A DNA stretch of 64,000 nucleotides from positions 1,178,001 through 1,242,000 of the forward strand of contig NW_027117340.1 of NCBI RefSeq assembly GCF_038025025.1, in the 5' to 3' direction. This document shows, one piece after another, positions 22,633 to 34,242 of this stretch. Each line of letters begins with the position of its first letter. Positions within the stretch are counted from its first letter, which is position 1. Source of the stretch: Phyllosticta citribraziliensis. Taxonomy: Eukaryota. The notes under the pieces were generated by a model. That model had not been told where the DNA came from. It ran no database searches and worked only from the letters and a program-made list of their open reading frames with translations. The translations under genes were made by a program, and so were the position numbers.

Positions 22633-25122
22633 ATGGCCGACCCCGTCTTTGCCATTGGCCCTCCTCAGTCCAAAGTCACTCGAGTCCGTCCCCAGTTGTC
22701 CTGTATTCCATGTCGCAAGGGCAAGCTTAAATGCAACCGTGCCCATCCTGCGTGCGACCAATGTGTGAAGCGGTCACGCGAACCCGCGTGCAACTATGTA
22801 CCACCTCCACCAAAGGAAAAGGGCCGCAAGGCCAAGGACATGCGCTCTCGCATCCGTCATCTCGAGGCCCTCGTTGTCGACTTGATGAACGGCAAGGACC
22901 CCCGCTCTGTCTCGGTCAATCCCGCTCATTCCGCCCAAACCAACGCCGGACGCCTTCCCACGCCTGACCAGACTGTTCCCGACCACCACAAGATCTCCGA
23001 CGGCCCAAAGACCTCGAGCAGCTCCGGCGAGGACGAACGATCTTTTCCTTCTGCCTTTGGCGCCCTCAAGATTAGCGAAAACGAGAGCACCTACACCGGC
23101 TCCTCCCACTGGACCGCCGTGTTGCGCGATGTAATCAATTTTCGCTCCCTCTTTGCCAGAGCTTGCTGACTCTTCTAGCTTTCCGAAGTCAAGAATCTGC
23201 TCGAGAGCGACGACGATGACGACGAGGATGAAGATGACCAGCCCGAGCCGGAGCCAGAGGACGCTCCGCGATCCATTCTGATCGTTGGATCGCCTCCACC
23301 CGTGACGAGGCTCGAGTTGTTGCAGAATTTACCCCCCAGGGATGAGGTCGAGCGACTCGTCATGAATTGGCGCTCAGCCCAGGATCCGGCCACTTCGCTT
23401 CTTCATCCGCCTACCTTTTTGGACGAATTGGCCAGATTCTGGGCCAACCCGGATGAAGGGTCTACCATGTGGATTTCGTTTCTTTACGGACTACTCTCTC
23501 TTGGCAGCCTCTACATCTTGAGGACGGAACGAACCGTTAGCCCACAGCACACGCGAGCCGCGATGAAACAAGCCAAGAAATTCCGAAGTCTGGCCGGCTC
23601 CGCTGCTGTCTTGGCCGACTTTGCAAAGCCCAAGCCCTACACCCTCGAGGCTCTGCTGGTCTACGCGGCATGCGAATATCTCCTCGGCGAGAGTAGCCCC
23701 ACGGAGGTATGGCACGTCTTTGGAAGCCTCGTCAGGTGTGCTCTACGCATGGGCTACCACCGAGACCCGTCCCACTATGGAAACATTAGCCCTTTCCACG
23801 GCGAGATGCGTCGACGCGTGTGGCATCTCATCTACCGTCTTGAAGTCCAATTTTCCTTTGCTCTCGGCCTGCCTTGCTCCGTCAGAGGCTTTCAAAGCGA
23901 CACTAGGTTTCCGAGAAACTTGCGCGACGATGACTTGGATGCCGACATGCTCGACCTGCCTCCTGAGCGGCCCGAGACTGAACTCACGCCTGTGTCGTAT
24001 TCGATAGCCAAATCGAGACTTCTTGCCGTCTTCGCCGCTGCTGCAGACGCCTCTCACGCCGTTACCCCTCCGACCTATTCTGAAATCATGGATCTGGACC
24101 AACGGTTAGGAGAAGCATATGCCTCGGTACCGCCCGCGATGCAGTTAAAACCGCTCGATCAATCCACCAACGACCCGCCGGAGCTAATCATGAATCAATT
24201 CGACATGGAACTCTGTTATCAAATGGCTCGCTGCGTTCTCCACCGGACTTACTTGGTCAAGGCCCACAGCGACTCGCGGTACGATCACTCGAGGGAAGCC
24301 TGTCTTGAGTCGGCCATGACTCTGCTGCAGCTGCAATCAACCATCTATCTCGCCTGTCAACCTGGAGGACATCTTAGCAGCGTGCGCTGGTACTTCTCGT
24401 CTCTAACCAACCACGACTTTCTTTTAGCTGCCATGGTCGTATGCCTGGAGATGAATCTGAGACATGAAGCTTTGGTCAGAGATCCCCAGGTCGCCTTGCA
24501 GGGCAGGTATACGTGCATGGAGTTATTCCAGGCGATGGAAAAGTCCAGCAAGATTTGGGACTCGTATGAAGCCAATTTGATAGACTCGGCAGACACTAAG
24601 CGAGCGGGCAAGATGTTTCGTACAATGCTGTCGAGGCTAAAATCCGGCTCTTCCACACAATGCAACGGTGGGCCTGCAGAAGGCGGGGAGCCTTCAGCGA
24701 TTCACTGTAAGAGTGATTTTGCGCGTTGACTCACATTGTGCTAACTTCTCCAGATACCTCGGTTCCGACGTCTCACTTTCAACCCGCTCCCATCGTCCCT
24801 TCGAATGGTCCCACCATGCATTACATGCCACAACAACATCCCGTGTCAATGGTACCACCTAGCCATAGGCCTCCATACGGCGTGACCCACCACGACCAAT
24901 TAGGAAACATGCTGGACATGCCGCTTGATATCAACTGGGTAAGCATCTTCATCGCCTTTTGTACCACCACCCTAACGTGGACAGGAAACTTGGGATCGCA
25001 ATATTATTCCGTACGAACAATACATGCCCGAGCCGCAGTGGCCAATGCCGCAGCAAATCGACCCCTCTGGCTACCAGACGCAGCAGTATCATCCGCATAT
25101 GTCATATCAATACCATTCCTGA
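22633..25122 (+). CDS. Zn2Cys6 transcription factor with fungal-specific TF (middle homology) domain; 4 exons
   Basis: CIPCRKGKLKCNRAHPACDQCVKRSREPAC, YTGSSHWTAVL, ALRMGYHRDPSH, GEMRRRVW, HDFLLAAMVVCL. Introns ~23131-23178, ~24707-24753, ~24939-24984. Confidence 0.92.
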
Positions 25123-25752
25123 CACACGGAACGCCTAATGACGTTAATTTCAACGTGCGATTTGCGCAAAGCACCGGCACAAAATTCATTGCAAGGCGCT
25201 CCGGCTTTCATTTGGATTCTTCTATGGAGGCATCTCGCGATATTTGTTACCGTAAATATGTTTATCAGTCGAGGGAGCACAGGATCAGGACGAGGATGTG
25301 CGGTTGATGGTCTGAATAGGTAGCTTGGCAGCTGGAGCAAAAGAGTGGCTGATGCCAAAGGGCGATGAAGCGATGATGCTGCATTTTGTTTAGTGTACAA
25401 TAGCATTGAGCGAGTGGCATGCGACATAGCGAACAAGGTAAATGCCTCTTCTAAGCTTTGTGGATACCAAATCTGGGTGATGCAAAGTGGGAGGCCTCAC
25501 AACTGACGGTCTGCTCCCTCGGTAGCAGCCGAAAGCGGCCCGAATGGGGGACCTGTGCGTCAGCTAACCGGAAATGGCTTAAAGCTCAGCCTTATCGACG
25601 GCAACCAACGACGTCAATCGGGCTCTGACCTGAGCTCTCGATCATCACCACACACCTTCTCCCATTCCCTTTGTCCACACCAGCCAATGTCAGCTAATCG
25701 CCCGACTCGAGCATCTCGTCGTTCGTTGCATATCTAGTCGCCAGTGGAGACC

Positions 25753-27610
25753 ATGGAAAATCTCCCCGACGAGCTCATCGTCCACACTCTCTCCTGCAAG
25801 TAGTCTCCACTCGAAACCTCCGCTTCACCATAGGTCCAAACGACTTTTGCTAACCTCTGACACAGTCCTTGAACCCGACGACATCATCACCGCGCAATCC
25901 GTGTCTCGTCGCTTCTTGGCCGTCGCCCGCGATGCCAGTCTGTGGAAAACTGTCTGGTGGGATCCGGCTCACGCGCCGCCGCACCGTCACAATGGATCGA
26001 CCGAGGAGAATAGGCCCTTGAGCTTCTTATCGATGAGACCAATGCGCCGGTCGCTGGCGACTCCAGCATTGCCTGGTGAAAAATTAGACTTTTATGACGA
26101 GTATATTGCGGCACACGCGCCCATCTGCACCAGCTGGATCTGTAAGAGTTGGACCGATAGAGGCCTAGAAAAAGACCATAACAATGTCGGATTTGATGAA
26201 GCAATTGGGCTTGGAGTATATTACAACGATACAACCCAAAGAGCCGAGCTGATCTTTGCTCCGATGGACGACGGGAGCATTTGTACGTGGGACATCAATC
26301 GGGATAGCTCTGCCAAAAGGGGAGAAGTCGTTAGCCGGACTCGTCCAGGCCTTCTCAGAGAATCATCACGCCGATTCGGGGTCATGGGAGCCGCTTCGCG
26401 CGTAGACCACGGAAGCGACGGCGTGAGCATCGACTGGCGTTCAAAAAGGGGATATTTTGCAGTTTCCTCCGTCTTGAACGAGGTAGATCTACAAACGATG
26501 CAAATAATCTCCGAGCATAACTTCCCTTCCGACATCTTGACTCTTTCAGAAGCAAGATATCCAATACCCTTGACCGTTGGCACTACCGAAACAATACACC
26601 TCCACGATGTCCGCCAATCTGACGTGTCCAGTGGACCGGACTTTTCCCTACGATGCGAATTCATGACCGACGCAGATGCTCGGTCAAGCATCTGCGACTT
26701 GGATCTAGTATCGCTTTCAAAGTCCTCGGTCTGCCAGCACAAACCGCTGTCCATATTGCATTTGCCATTGCCAGGCGCTGCGGAAGTCAGCAATTCCATC
26801 TGGGTCGCAGGACGTTTTCCTTCGCTTTTGCGTTATGACCGCCGATACTTCCCCAAACTTGCGGGGAACATATATTCCGGAGGAGATATATCTTCCCTAA
26901 CGTACTTGACCAATCCCTTTGTGGACTGGGATAGCCACACTTACTGCGATGGCACAGACACGACTATTGTTGCAGCTGGGGGTTACAAGGGCAAGGGCAG
27001 CCTGGAACTCTACGGGGTAAACGCCGAGTGTGGATGCACTCTTCCCAGACAACCGAGTACCACGAACCGCAACTACTCGTCCATTTTTCGGATTCTCTCC
27101 ATCGCGACCCAAGGCGCGCGTCTGGTGGGAAGTGACGGAAATGGCAATATCAATTGGTGGTACCGCGACGGCAGAACCAAAGCACGTACCTACAACATCA
27201 ACGATCCGCCGCGGAATGGCGCGTCCTCGATTCAAGACAATGTGGACCATGTCTATGACCAGTACGCTTCAGATGTGCCAAGCGATGACTGGGAGCCTCG
27301 GCAACCTGATATTGCGTGGAAAATCAAGCCCAGCATCGCGCCGGGTCTGTCGTCAAGTGCTGGCTCGACCACGGGAACCCGCGGCATCAACGAAGAGGAC
27401 TTGATCATCTCGACGGACAACGGCCGCATCGGACTTGTGGGTTTCGGCGAGGCCAACGCCCTGGAGCCTGAGTGGCACGAGGCAGCCGAAAATGCAGCCG
27501 AAGTGGAGCATCACCGACAAGAGAAGATGTATGGTAGTATGATGAGGCAGGCGCTGGAGGAGCATACGAGGGAGTTGAATTGGATGAGAGGGTTGGGCTT
27601 GGCACCTTGA
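25753..27610 (+). CDS. F-box protein with a probable beta-propeller-like C-terminal region; 2 exons (GC-AG intron)
   Basis: MENLPDELIVHTLSF|LEPDDIITAQSVSRRFLAVARDASLWK is an F-box. Further motifs APMDDGSICTWD, IWVAGRFPSLLRYDRR, GGYKGKGSLELYG. Confidence 0.85.
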
Positions 27611-27751
27611 GATTACGGGCCAACCTGCATTGGGGAGACGAGGTAAGCAGAGGACTGGGCACGATTACGATTGACGCATTTCTAGACATAGACACGACGC
27701 CATAGACAGATGCGAGAATGACGATGCTCTTTTCAATATCTTTTGTGGAAC

Positions 27752-28915
27752 TCAAACCAAATTCGCCACAGCGTCCAAAGCCAAAAAATGTTCCGTCATC
27801 GCCCTTCCCTCTTGCCTCACATCCTCAACTCTACTCATCCACTTGTCGTCATCATACTGCTCTTCTCCATCCTGGGCCTGGTCGACAATGTCCAACTTCC
27901 TTGGGCCCTTGGACCTGATGGTCCTTAGAGCGTCCACAATCTCCGCCTCCTTCGCCGACAGCACCTGCTGAGCCGCCTGCCCCTTTTCGCCATCGAGCCC
28001 ATCCAACGCCGCTAACGGCAGCAACCCCGCAGCCACCATAATAATGATCGGGCGAATCGTCGCGCGTCCCGCTTTGAAGACGTACTTTGCCAGCGCCGAC
28101 GCGTACACGGTGCGCTTCTCCTCAGTCGAGGACCTCTGATGGCGCGGCCCCACGAACCAACTCCCGACGACAACCCACTTGCGATCCCAGCCCACGATGC
28201 GACTCACGACAGCGTACCGCTGCAGGCCGATGCCGCGCTTGAAGTCTGCCTGCGCGCCGCCGAGGGCGACGGTCAGCTTGACGCCCAGCCCGCCGCTGCC
28301 ACTGCGTTTGGCGGCGTGGCGCAGTGTTGGCAGAAACAGCCGCGCGAGCAGCGCCGAGCGCGAAATATCCAGGTCGCTGAAGTACGTGCTGTTTGATTTG
28401 TGCAGGTTGCTGTCGTGCTCGAGGGGCGGGGAGAAGGTGGAGAGGATGTGGGGCGCGAAGAGTGGGAGATCTGGGGACGAGGAGGAGACGGAGGCGCCCG
28501 CGAGCTGTTGTTGCGAGGCTTTTGGAGGCGCGTGTAAATGATTCTTTTGAAGGAGCGATGGTAGGATTGCGAGGGCAATGCGGACCTGGTGCGTTGTCAG
28601 TGAGTGAGCTTCCTTGTCCTTTTCCCCGTCTTTTCGCTCACGAGGAAGCCGGTGCAATCGAAAACAAAGATCAAATGTACTGACATGATAGACCCCTGGC
28701 AGAACCTTAAAATTCCACACCGCGAATAACAGCGCACCGACACGCGTTAGCCCTGCTTTTCTTAACCAACCGATGGCGTCGCAAAGGCCTGCTCGCAGAA
28801 AGTGTCGCGTGGATGGAGGGAGCCATGTGAGTGCGAGTGTAAGTGACGCTGCGAGAATGAGTAGGGTGAGGAGCGCGGGCGGGATGCGTCGTGAGTGTGA
28901 GTGTGCGCGTGCCAT
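27752..28915 (-). CDS. Hot-dog fold thioesterase-like protein (4HBT_2/THEM6-like) with hydrophobic N-terminus
   Basis: NFKVLPGVYH|VR, EHDSNLHKSNSTYFSDLDISR, VALGGAQADFKR, SRIVGWDRKW, AKYVFKAGRATIRP. Probable 99-nt intron at 28684-28586. Confidence 0.85.
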   Translation of the reverse strand: MARAHSHSRRIPPALLTLLILAASLTLALTWLPPSTRHFLRAGLCDAIGWLRKAGLTRVGALLFAVWNFKVLPGVYHVSTFDLCFRLHRLPRERKDGEKDKEAHSLTTHQVRIALAILPSLLQKNHLHAPPKASQQQLAGASVSSSSPDLPLFAPHILSTFSPPLEHDSNLHKSNSTYFSDLDISRSALLARLFLPTLRHAAKRSGSGGLGVKLTVALGGAQADFKRGIGLQRYAVVSRIVGWDRKWVVVGSWFVGPRHQRSSTEEKRTVYASALAKYVFKAGRATIRPIIIMVAAGLLPLAALDGLDGEKGQAAQQVLSAKEAEIVDALRTIRSKGPRKLDIVDQAQDGEEQYDDDKWMSRVEDVRQEGRAMTEHFLALDAVANLV

Positions 28916-29725
28916 TGCAGCGTGCTGCTGGACAGCCAGACAGTGCCTTCGCTGTGATCGTTGCTCTTGTCGTGGCCCTGATGCTGGTCGGAGGCCACTT
29001 TGAAAGGATGACCTTGAGATGGATTAGACGTGTGGGAGTCGAGCGTCTGGCTCGTTGCCTTGAGACTGACTGGGTAAGTGTTGATTTATGTCATTACCCG
29101 CGGAGCCTGGATGATGATCGGCGCGTGCATATAGCAGTTGCTGCGTACAAATGCGAGCTGCCGGCTGATACATCTATAGTCGAGCAGAAAAGTGACCGAC
29201 GTACCGCCTCACATCTAATTTCCCAGCGTGCCGCTCAGTCTTGCTCTGTTGGTGGTTGGGGGCCACGCCCGCGGCTGAGCCGAAATGTCAAACGAGGTAT
29301 GCTGTACTCACTTGTACACGCCGCGTAGGATAGTCGCCGAGCCTGGACACAATGATGACCGGCACTATGTATGCACCGCTGCTTTTACTTCCCGGCTGTT
29401 TTTCCTAGCATTCGCCTTTTTTTTAGATTCCTTATCATACTGCTCGTTGATCAAGACTTTGTGGTTATTCAGTCGGGCTGGGCTGTCGTTCCGACATAAT
29501 CGAACTAACATTTTCTCTTTTTCCTTGCTTCCCTCTGCGCAGACCAACTGCACTTGTCACTGACAAAGCAACCTCCGCAGATTATTCCTGGGGATAAACA
29601 GTCGCATTCCCAATGCAGCCATCTTCCAGGCCCTCTTTCGTCTCCAGCAGGCCCCGAGTTCCCCAACAACTTTCCCAAAATTATTCATCCAACAACGACC
29701 TCTCTGCCCAGATCTTGCGACTCCT

Positions 29726-29881
29726 TCAATCTTCCTGCGTATGGCCGCGCGAGCGGCAATGGCGGCAGCAGGAGTGTTTCCAAGTGCTGCGAAGCAGGAC
29801 GAAGATTTCGATCATTCCGCAAGCACCCAGGAAGACGTTGATGATGGTACATGCAAAAATAAAGAGATGTATGATGTCCAT
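29726..29881 (-). CDS. Putative 51-aa membrane micropeptide (possibly a truncated member of the neighbouring orphan set)
   Basis: MDIIHLFIFACTIINVFLGACGMIEIFVLLRSTWKHSCCRHCRSRG; TATAAAA on the minus strand at ~30123-30117. Confidence 0.35.
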   Translation of the reverse strand: MDIIHLFIFACTIINVFLGACGMIEIFVLLRSTWKHSCCRHCRSRGHTQED

Positions 29882-30372
29882 GTTTGCGCAGGAGTGTCGT
29901 GAGAGCTGCAATGGCTGGTTTATGGCGTGGCGACAACGCGGACGAGGCTTTTCAGACTGAGGGCGGCTAGGAGTCAGTCGGTGAGTGAGACTTCCGTGAT
30001 GATGAACGCACGCTTCAAGTGGGATTTTATGCGGCAGAGCAGTTAGGACTCGATGTGTCGCAGCGGTAGTGATTTCAATTTTACCAAGTCCTTGGTTGCT
30101 AACCTTTGTATTAACCTTTTATACCACTGAAATTCTTCACGCATTCCTGTGGGAGTGGCCTGTTGGCTGTTGTGTTAAGCGCTACACATCTTCGTTGTTG
30201 GTGCATAGATGGGGTAATCGAAGCCAACGCTGGTGATTTGCTGACTCCCTGGCTATGCACGCGGTTGACTGTCAAAGGGTCTTTCGCATTCACCCACAAC
30301 TAGCCGCTTTGTTTTCCTACCCGTCTGCTCTGCTTTCCAGCGCGTAAAACAAGGTGTCTGTTCACCAGGTCC

Positions 30373-30915
30373 TCAAGCCCACGAAGCCGCCGCCCTGTCA
30401 CCTCTTCCATAGTATCCTGGTGGTAGGTCTGACTGGATTTCTCCTCCGTCATCGCGTCGTGTCGGCGGCAAGCTTTCCTGACTGCGATACGATGGCGGCT
30501 GACCGTGTCGGCGCACCATGATTTCCTCCTCGCTCGCCATGCTCCGAACCGCGCGCGGTTGTTGCGGTGCACTCTCGCCCCTTTGGTGCTCACCCACGAC
30601 AGCAGTGACGCCTGATGCCACCACAACCGCGCGTTTCGCGTCCGCGTTGTAATTGGAGTTAGGAGGCACAGCCTCACGGCTCGGGCTCGTCTCATCATCC
30701 TGTTGTTGTCCTCTCCCTCGCCTTTGTGCTCGTCTGAGCTGTCGTCCTCTTCCCCAGCGCTTGATCTTTCTGACGGTCCACGCCAGGGTGATGGCCGTGC
30801 AGCCGATGGGACAGACGACTAAGGCGCACAGCACGGTTGCAGCCCCGGCGAGTGCCTGGACTATGTTGAAGAAGACGCCGCCGACGACGAGCATCCAGTC
30901 TGGGACGCCCCACAT
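30373..30915 (-). CDS. Orphan membrane protein (180 aa) with PPxY motifs
   Basis: N-terminal hydrophobic, Cys-containing stretch, then a basic patch, then PPSY and PPGY. AATCATG start; TATAAAA at ~31184-31178. Confidence 0.6.
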   Translation of the reverse strand: MWGVPDWMLVVGGVFFNIVQALAGAATVLCALVVCPIGCTAITLAWTVRKIKRWGRGRQLRRAQRRGRGQQQDDETSPSREAVPPNSNYNADAKRAVVVASGVTAVVGEHQRGESAPQQPRAVRSMASEEEIMVRRHGQPPSYRSQESLPPTRRDDGGEIQSDLPPGYYGRGDRAAASWA

Positions 30916-31719
30916 GATTCTCTCGCGCGTTTGTTGGGAAGTGGCACGTTTGGTTGATTTGTTGCTAGCGAGATGATGGACAGGCGGTTATTTGTATGGC
31001 GGGGGATTTCTCAAGATGGGTTGATCTGTGAGTTGGTCAGGAGTGAAGAAAGGCGGGTGGTCGTGGTTTGACCACCATTATTTTCATGAAGCGTAGGTGA
31101 ACCTTACCTTTGTTTTGTTTTGCCACGCAGAAATTTGAAGTCATTGGCGTGAGCAAGCGTCAGCCTTGCCTCTGTCTTTTTATACCGACATGCCCTTTCC
31201 TTCCTCTTGGCAACGCAGCACATCCAGGCGGCAAATATTGGCTTCCCCTCATCGCGTGTAGCAAATCAGTCCAAGTAGCGTGTCCACCGCATTTTCTTGC
31301 GAAGCAAGGCAGAAGCGCAAGGCCAACGTCAGTATCTTGTCGGCTCACTGGCTACAGTCGTAGCTCGTGTTGGTGCGTCTAAACGGGCTCTCGACCGCCC
31401 GGCATTTGCTATATAATTTGGTTCGACAGACCTTTCTTTCAAGTAAGTCTTAGGTCCTTTGGCGACGTTGGGAGATGCTTTGGAGTCATCCACATAATTG
31501 AAAAAGTGGCTCTGATTCGGCTATTACTAGCCTCTAGAGTTATCAACCGGTTCGAGCCTCCTTCCGGGCTTACTTTTTGCCCTTTCTTTTTCCTGGGTTT
31601 TTCGAACTCAGGTTTACCTCTCTTCCTCGCTCCGTCTGTCATTTTTGCCCCAGGTTTGTCTATCTAGGGTGGGACCAAAGAAACTCAGCGACGTCCATGA
31701 AAGGGAGGAATTTGCTAGA

Positions 31720-32340
31720 TCATTCCCACCTCATCTGCGCGTGTCCATCCGCCAAATCTCCCGTCATGCCGTCCGTGATGACCGTCGAAGATGTCTCCTC
31801 ACTGAGGCGTCGCCCCGGAAAGCGCATCCAATTCGCTTCCCCAAGATCTACTTCACTTTCCTCCTCTTCCTCCTCCTCCTCCTCCTCATAATCATCATCG
31901 TCATCATAGTATCGAGGCAGTGTGTCAACGCTCTCCTCTCCATCGTACCGTGGCGGCGGCAAGTCGCTTTGATATGTCGGCGGCCTGTCCAACGGCAGAC
32001 GCATTCCAGAAGCGACGCCTGCGTCAGCGACGCCGCTCTCCTCTCCACCTCGGCCCATATTCGTGGCACTCTCCTGTCTTTCCTGCCTTCGCTGCTCCTG
32101 CTGCAGCTGCTGCAGCCACTGCCGCTGCCGCCACCACGCCTCCGCACGCTCGACGACGCACTCGCCGCACCTGCGGAGCAGCGTCCCCGCCCTCTTAACC
32201 ACGCCCCATGGGCATTTGCAAAAGATGAAGCCGACGCGCTCGTAGAGCGTCGTCCTGCCTCTGGGTCCATGGCATTCGAGGACGAGGATGACGATCACGA
32301 CGACGCTGGCGGTCATCCCGACGATCTTGGACCACTCCAT
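31720..32340 (-). CDS. Orphan membrane protein (206 aa) with PPxY/LPxY motifs and acidic tract
   Basis: TM IVGMTASVVVIVILVL, Cys cluster CKC/CGEC, motifs PPTY, PPRY and LPRY, poly-D/E tract. TATAAA at ~32500-32495. Confidence 0.65.
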   Translation of the reverse strand: MEWSKIVGMTASVVVIVILVLECHGPRGRTTLYERVGFIFCKCPWGVVKRAGTLLRRCGECVVERAEAWWRQRQWLQQLQQEQRRQERQESATNMGRGGEESGVADAGVASGMRLPLDRPPTYQSDLPPPRYDGEESVDTLPRYYDDDDDYEEEEEEEEEESEVDLGEANWMRFPGRRLSEETSSTVITDGMTGDLADGHAQMRWE

Positions 32341-33075
32341 TGATGTGGTGGGTCGACGGTTCGGCGTAAATGAAGCGTGAGAGAGGGTTAGTTGGGTAGG
32401 TCGTCTTGTTTGGGTGGAGGAGGAGCGTCGAGCCTTGTTTCAGTATGACTATGGAAAGAAAAACGTCGAGTCCATTTGTTGCGTGTATTTGACATTTATA
32501 CAACAAAGCAAGACTTTTTGTCTCCTGTCCATTCGCTCTGCAGACGCTTTGTTGGTTCGTTGGTTGGTTGGTTAGAGGCATGGCTGGTGGTTGTCAACGG
32601 TTGGCAACTGTTAGGTGGTCAGAGAATTAGCGCCGAATCAGACTGTACAGAGCGTTGGGTGTTTTGCTCCATCCATTGCGCGTCCTTCCTGGAACGATGA
32701 CCCTGTCGATCAAGACGTTGAGTACTGTACGTGTAATCTGAGCCAGTAGGTCACCGACGTCGGCCTGACTGAAATGTAGGTAGGAAGGGGTTGGATTTGC
32801 AGAGATGGAGTGGCGCTTCAGGTGGCTTGCTGGATTAATGGACTTGCAGACTGCTTTGGCTAGCCGGCCGGATGACTTTCCAGGACTCATCTGGAGTGGT
32901 ACATGGTGCCCGGAGTCAGGGAAAGAAGCTGCTTTTGTTGCTGTACCCAGGTAGCATTTAATCACTACATACCTGCTGGTCACACAGGCCCTGAGGTCAA
33001 TTTCTTCACGGCCAATTCTTTTCTCCTCGCCCACTCAAACCAGCATCTCCGTCTCCAATCCCATTCTCCACCCTC

Positions 33076-33981
33076 CTACTCCAACTTCCCCCCTTGGGCC
33101 ACATCCGGATACACATCAAAGCGCCTTTGCTGCGAAACGGGAATGCCCCTGCGCACCTCCTCGATGCGCTCCGGCCTCAGCTCGACGACGACCGTCTCCT
33201 CGCCGACGCCGGCCTGGCCCAGCACGACGGCCTGCGGGTCGAGCACCATGCTGTGGCCCCAAGCGCGGTACTCGGCGTCCTCGTCGCGCGCGGGGCTGCA
33301 CAGCGCGACGTAGACCTGGTTGTCGACGGCGCGCGCGCGGCCCAGCAGCTCCCAGTGCAGCGGGCCCGTCGTGGTGTTGAAGGCGCCCGGGTAGACCAGG
33401 AGGAAGGCGCCGCGGCGCGCCGCGATGGTGGCCAGCTCCGGGAACCGCACGTCGTAGCAGATGGCGACGGCGATGGTGCCGTAGTCGGGCAGGTCGACCA
33501 GCGTGATCTTGTTGCCCGGCGACAGCGCGTCCGACTCGCGGAACGTGATGCCGCCGGGGATGTCGATGTCGAACAGGTGCACCTTGCGGTGCGCCGCCAG
33601 CTGCTCCCCCGAGGGCGAGAAGATGAGCGACGTGTTGTACAGCTTGGGCTTGTCGGATGATGGGTCCGTCGTGTCGCGCTCAGGGATGCTGCCGCCAATC
33701 AGGTACACGTTGGCCTCTTTTGCGATTTCTGAGAGCGCGTGCCATGATGGCGCCGTGTCTTGTGGTGGCGGTACCGGCCGGAGCGGTTCTGCGTAGCTCG
33801 GAAAGTATTTGGTGCCGTAGGGAGAGTTGAAGCATTCGGGGAGGACGACAATGCGGGCGCCGTGCTTTTGCGCTGCCTCGAGTACTTTTGTGCGCGCGGA
33901 TGCGAGGTTGGCAGCTTTGGAGGCACCTGTGGCAAGCTGTACCAATGCGAGCTTGACTGGTTGCTTTAGGAGTTTCGACAT
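33076..33981 (-). CDS. NIT3: Carbon-nitrogen hydrolase, omega-amidase (yeast Nit3/human NIT2 type); intronless
   Basis: VVLPECFNSPYG, HRKVHLFDIDIPG.ITFRES, AICYDVRFPELA (E-K-C triad), YPGAFNTTTGPLHWELL, QRRFDVY. Confidence 0.92.
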   Translation of the reverse strand: MSKLLKQPVKLALVQLATGASKAANLASARTKVLEAAQKHGARIVVLPECFNSPYGTKYFPSYAEPLRPVPPPQDTAPSWHALSEIAKEANVYLIGGSIPERDTTDPSSDKPKLYNTSLIFSPSGEQLAAHRKVHLFDIDIPGGITFRESDALSPGNKITLVDLPDYGTIAVAICYDVRFPELATIAARRGAFLLVYPGAFNTTTGPLHWELLGRARAVDNQVYVALCSPARDEDAEYRAWGHSMVLDPQAVVLGQAGVGEETVVVELRPERIEEVRRGIPVSQQRRFDVYPDVAQGGKLE

Positions 33982-34242
33982 GGTGGTATGGTGTTTTGGT
34001 TGATAGCGAAAGTGGGATGGATGTCAGTTCAGGGTTGTGGGGGGACGGCGTTAAGGCCCACTCGGCGTTTGTAAGGAAGTCGTGGCCAGCTAGACGTCAT
34101 CCGTGTCAAGCCCAGGTTGATTCAATCGGCACCTCAACTTTTGTTTTTTCCACAAAGGACTATCAAAATATTAGGAAGACCAATCCCAGTCCATTCGCAA
34201 TCTCTCTGACCCAGGTCAACCACAGAGACCGAAATCTCCAGC

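Noticed and set aside
31540..31575. GGTTCGAGCC resembling a tRNA T-loop/B box
   Set aside because: I could not build a cloverleaf or an acceptor stem around it.
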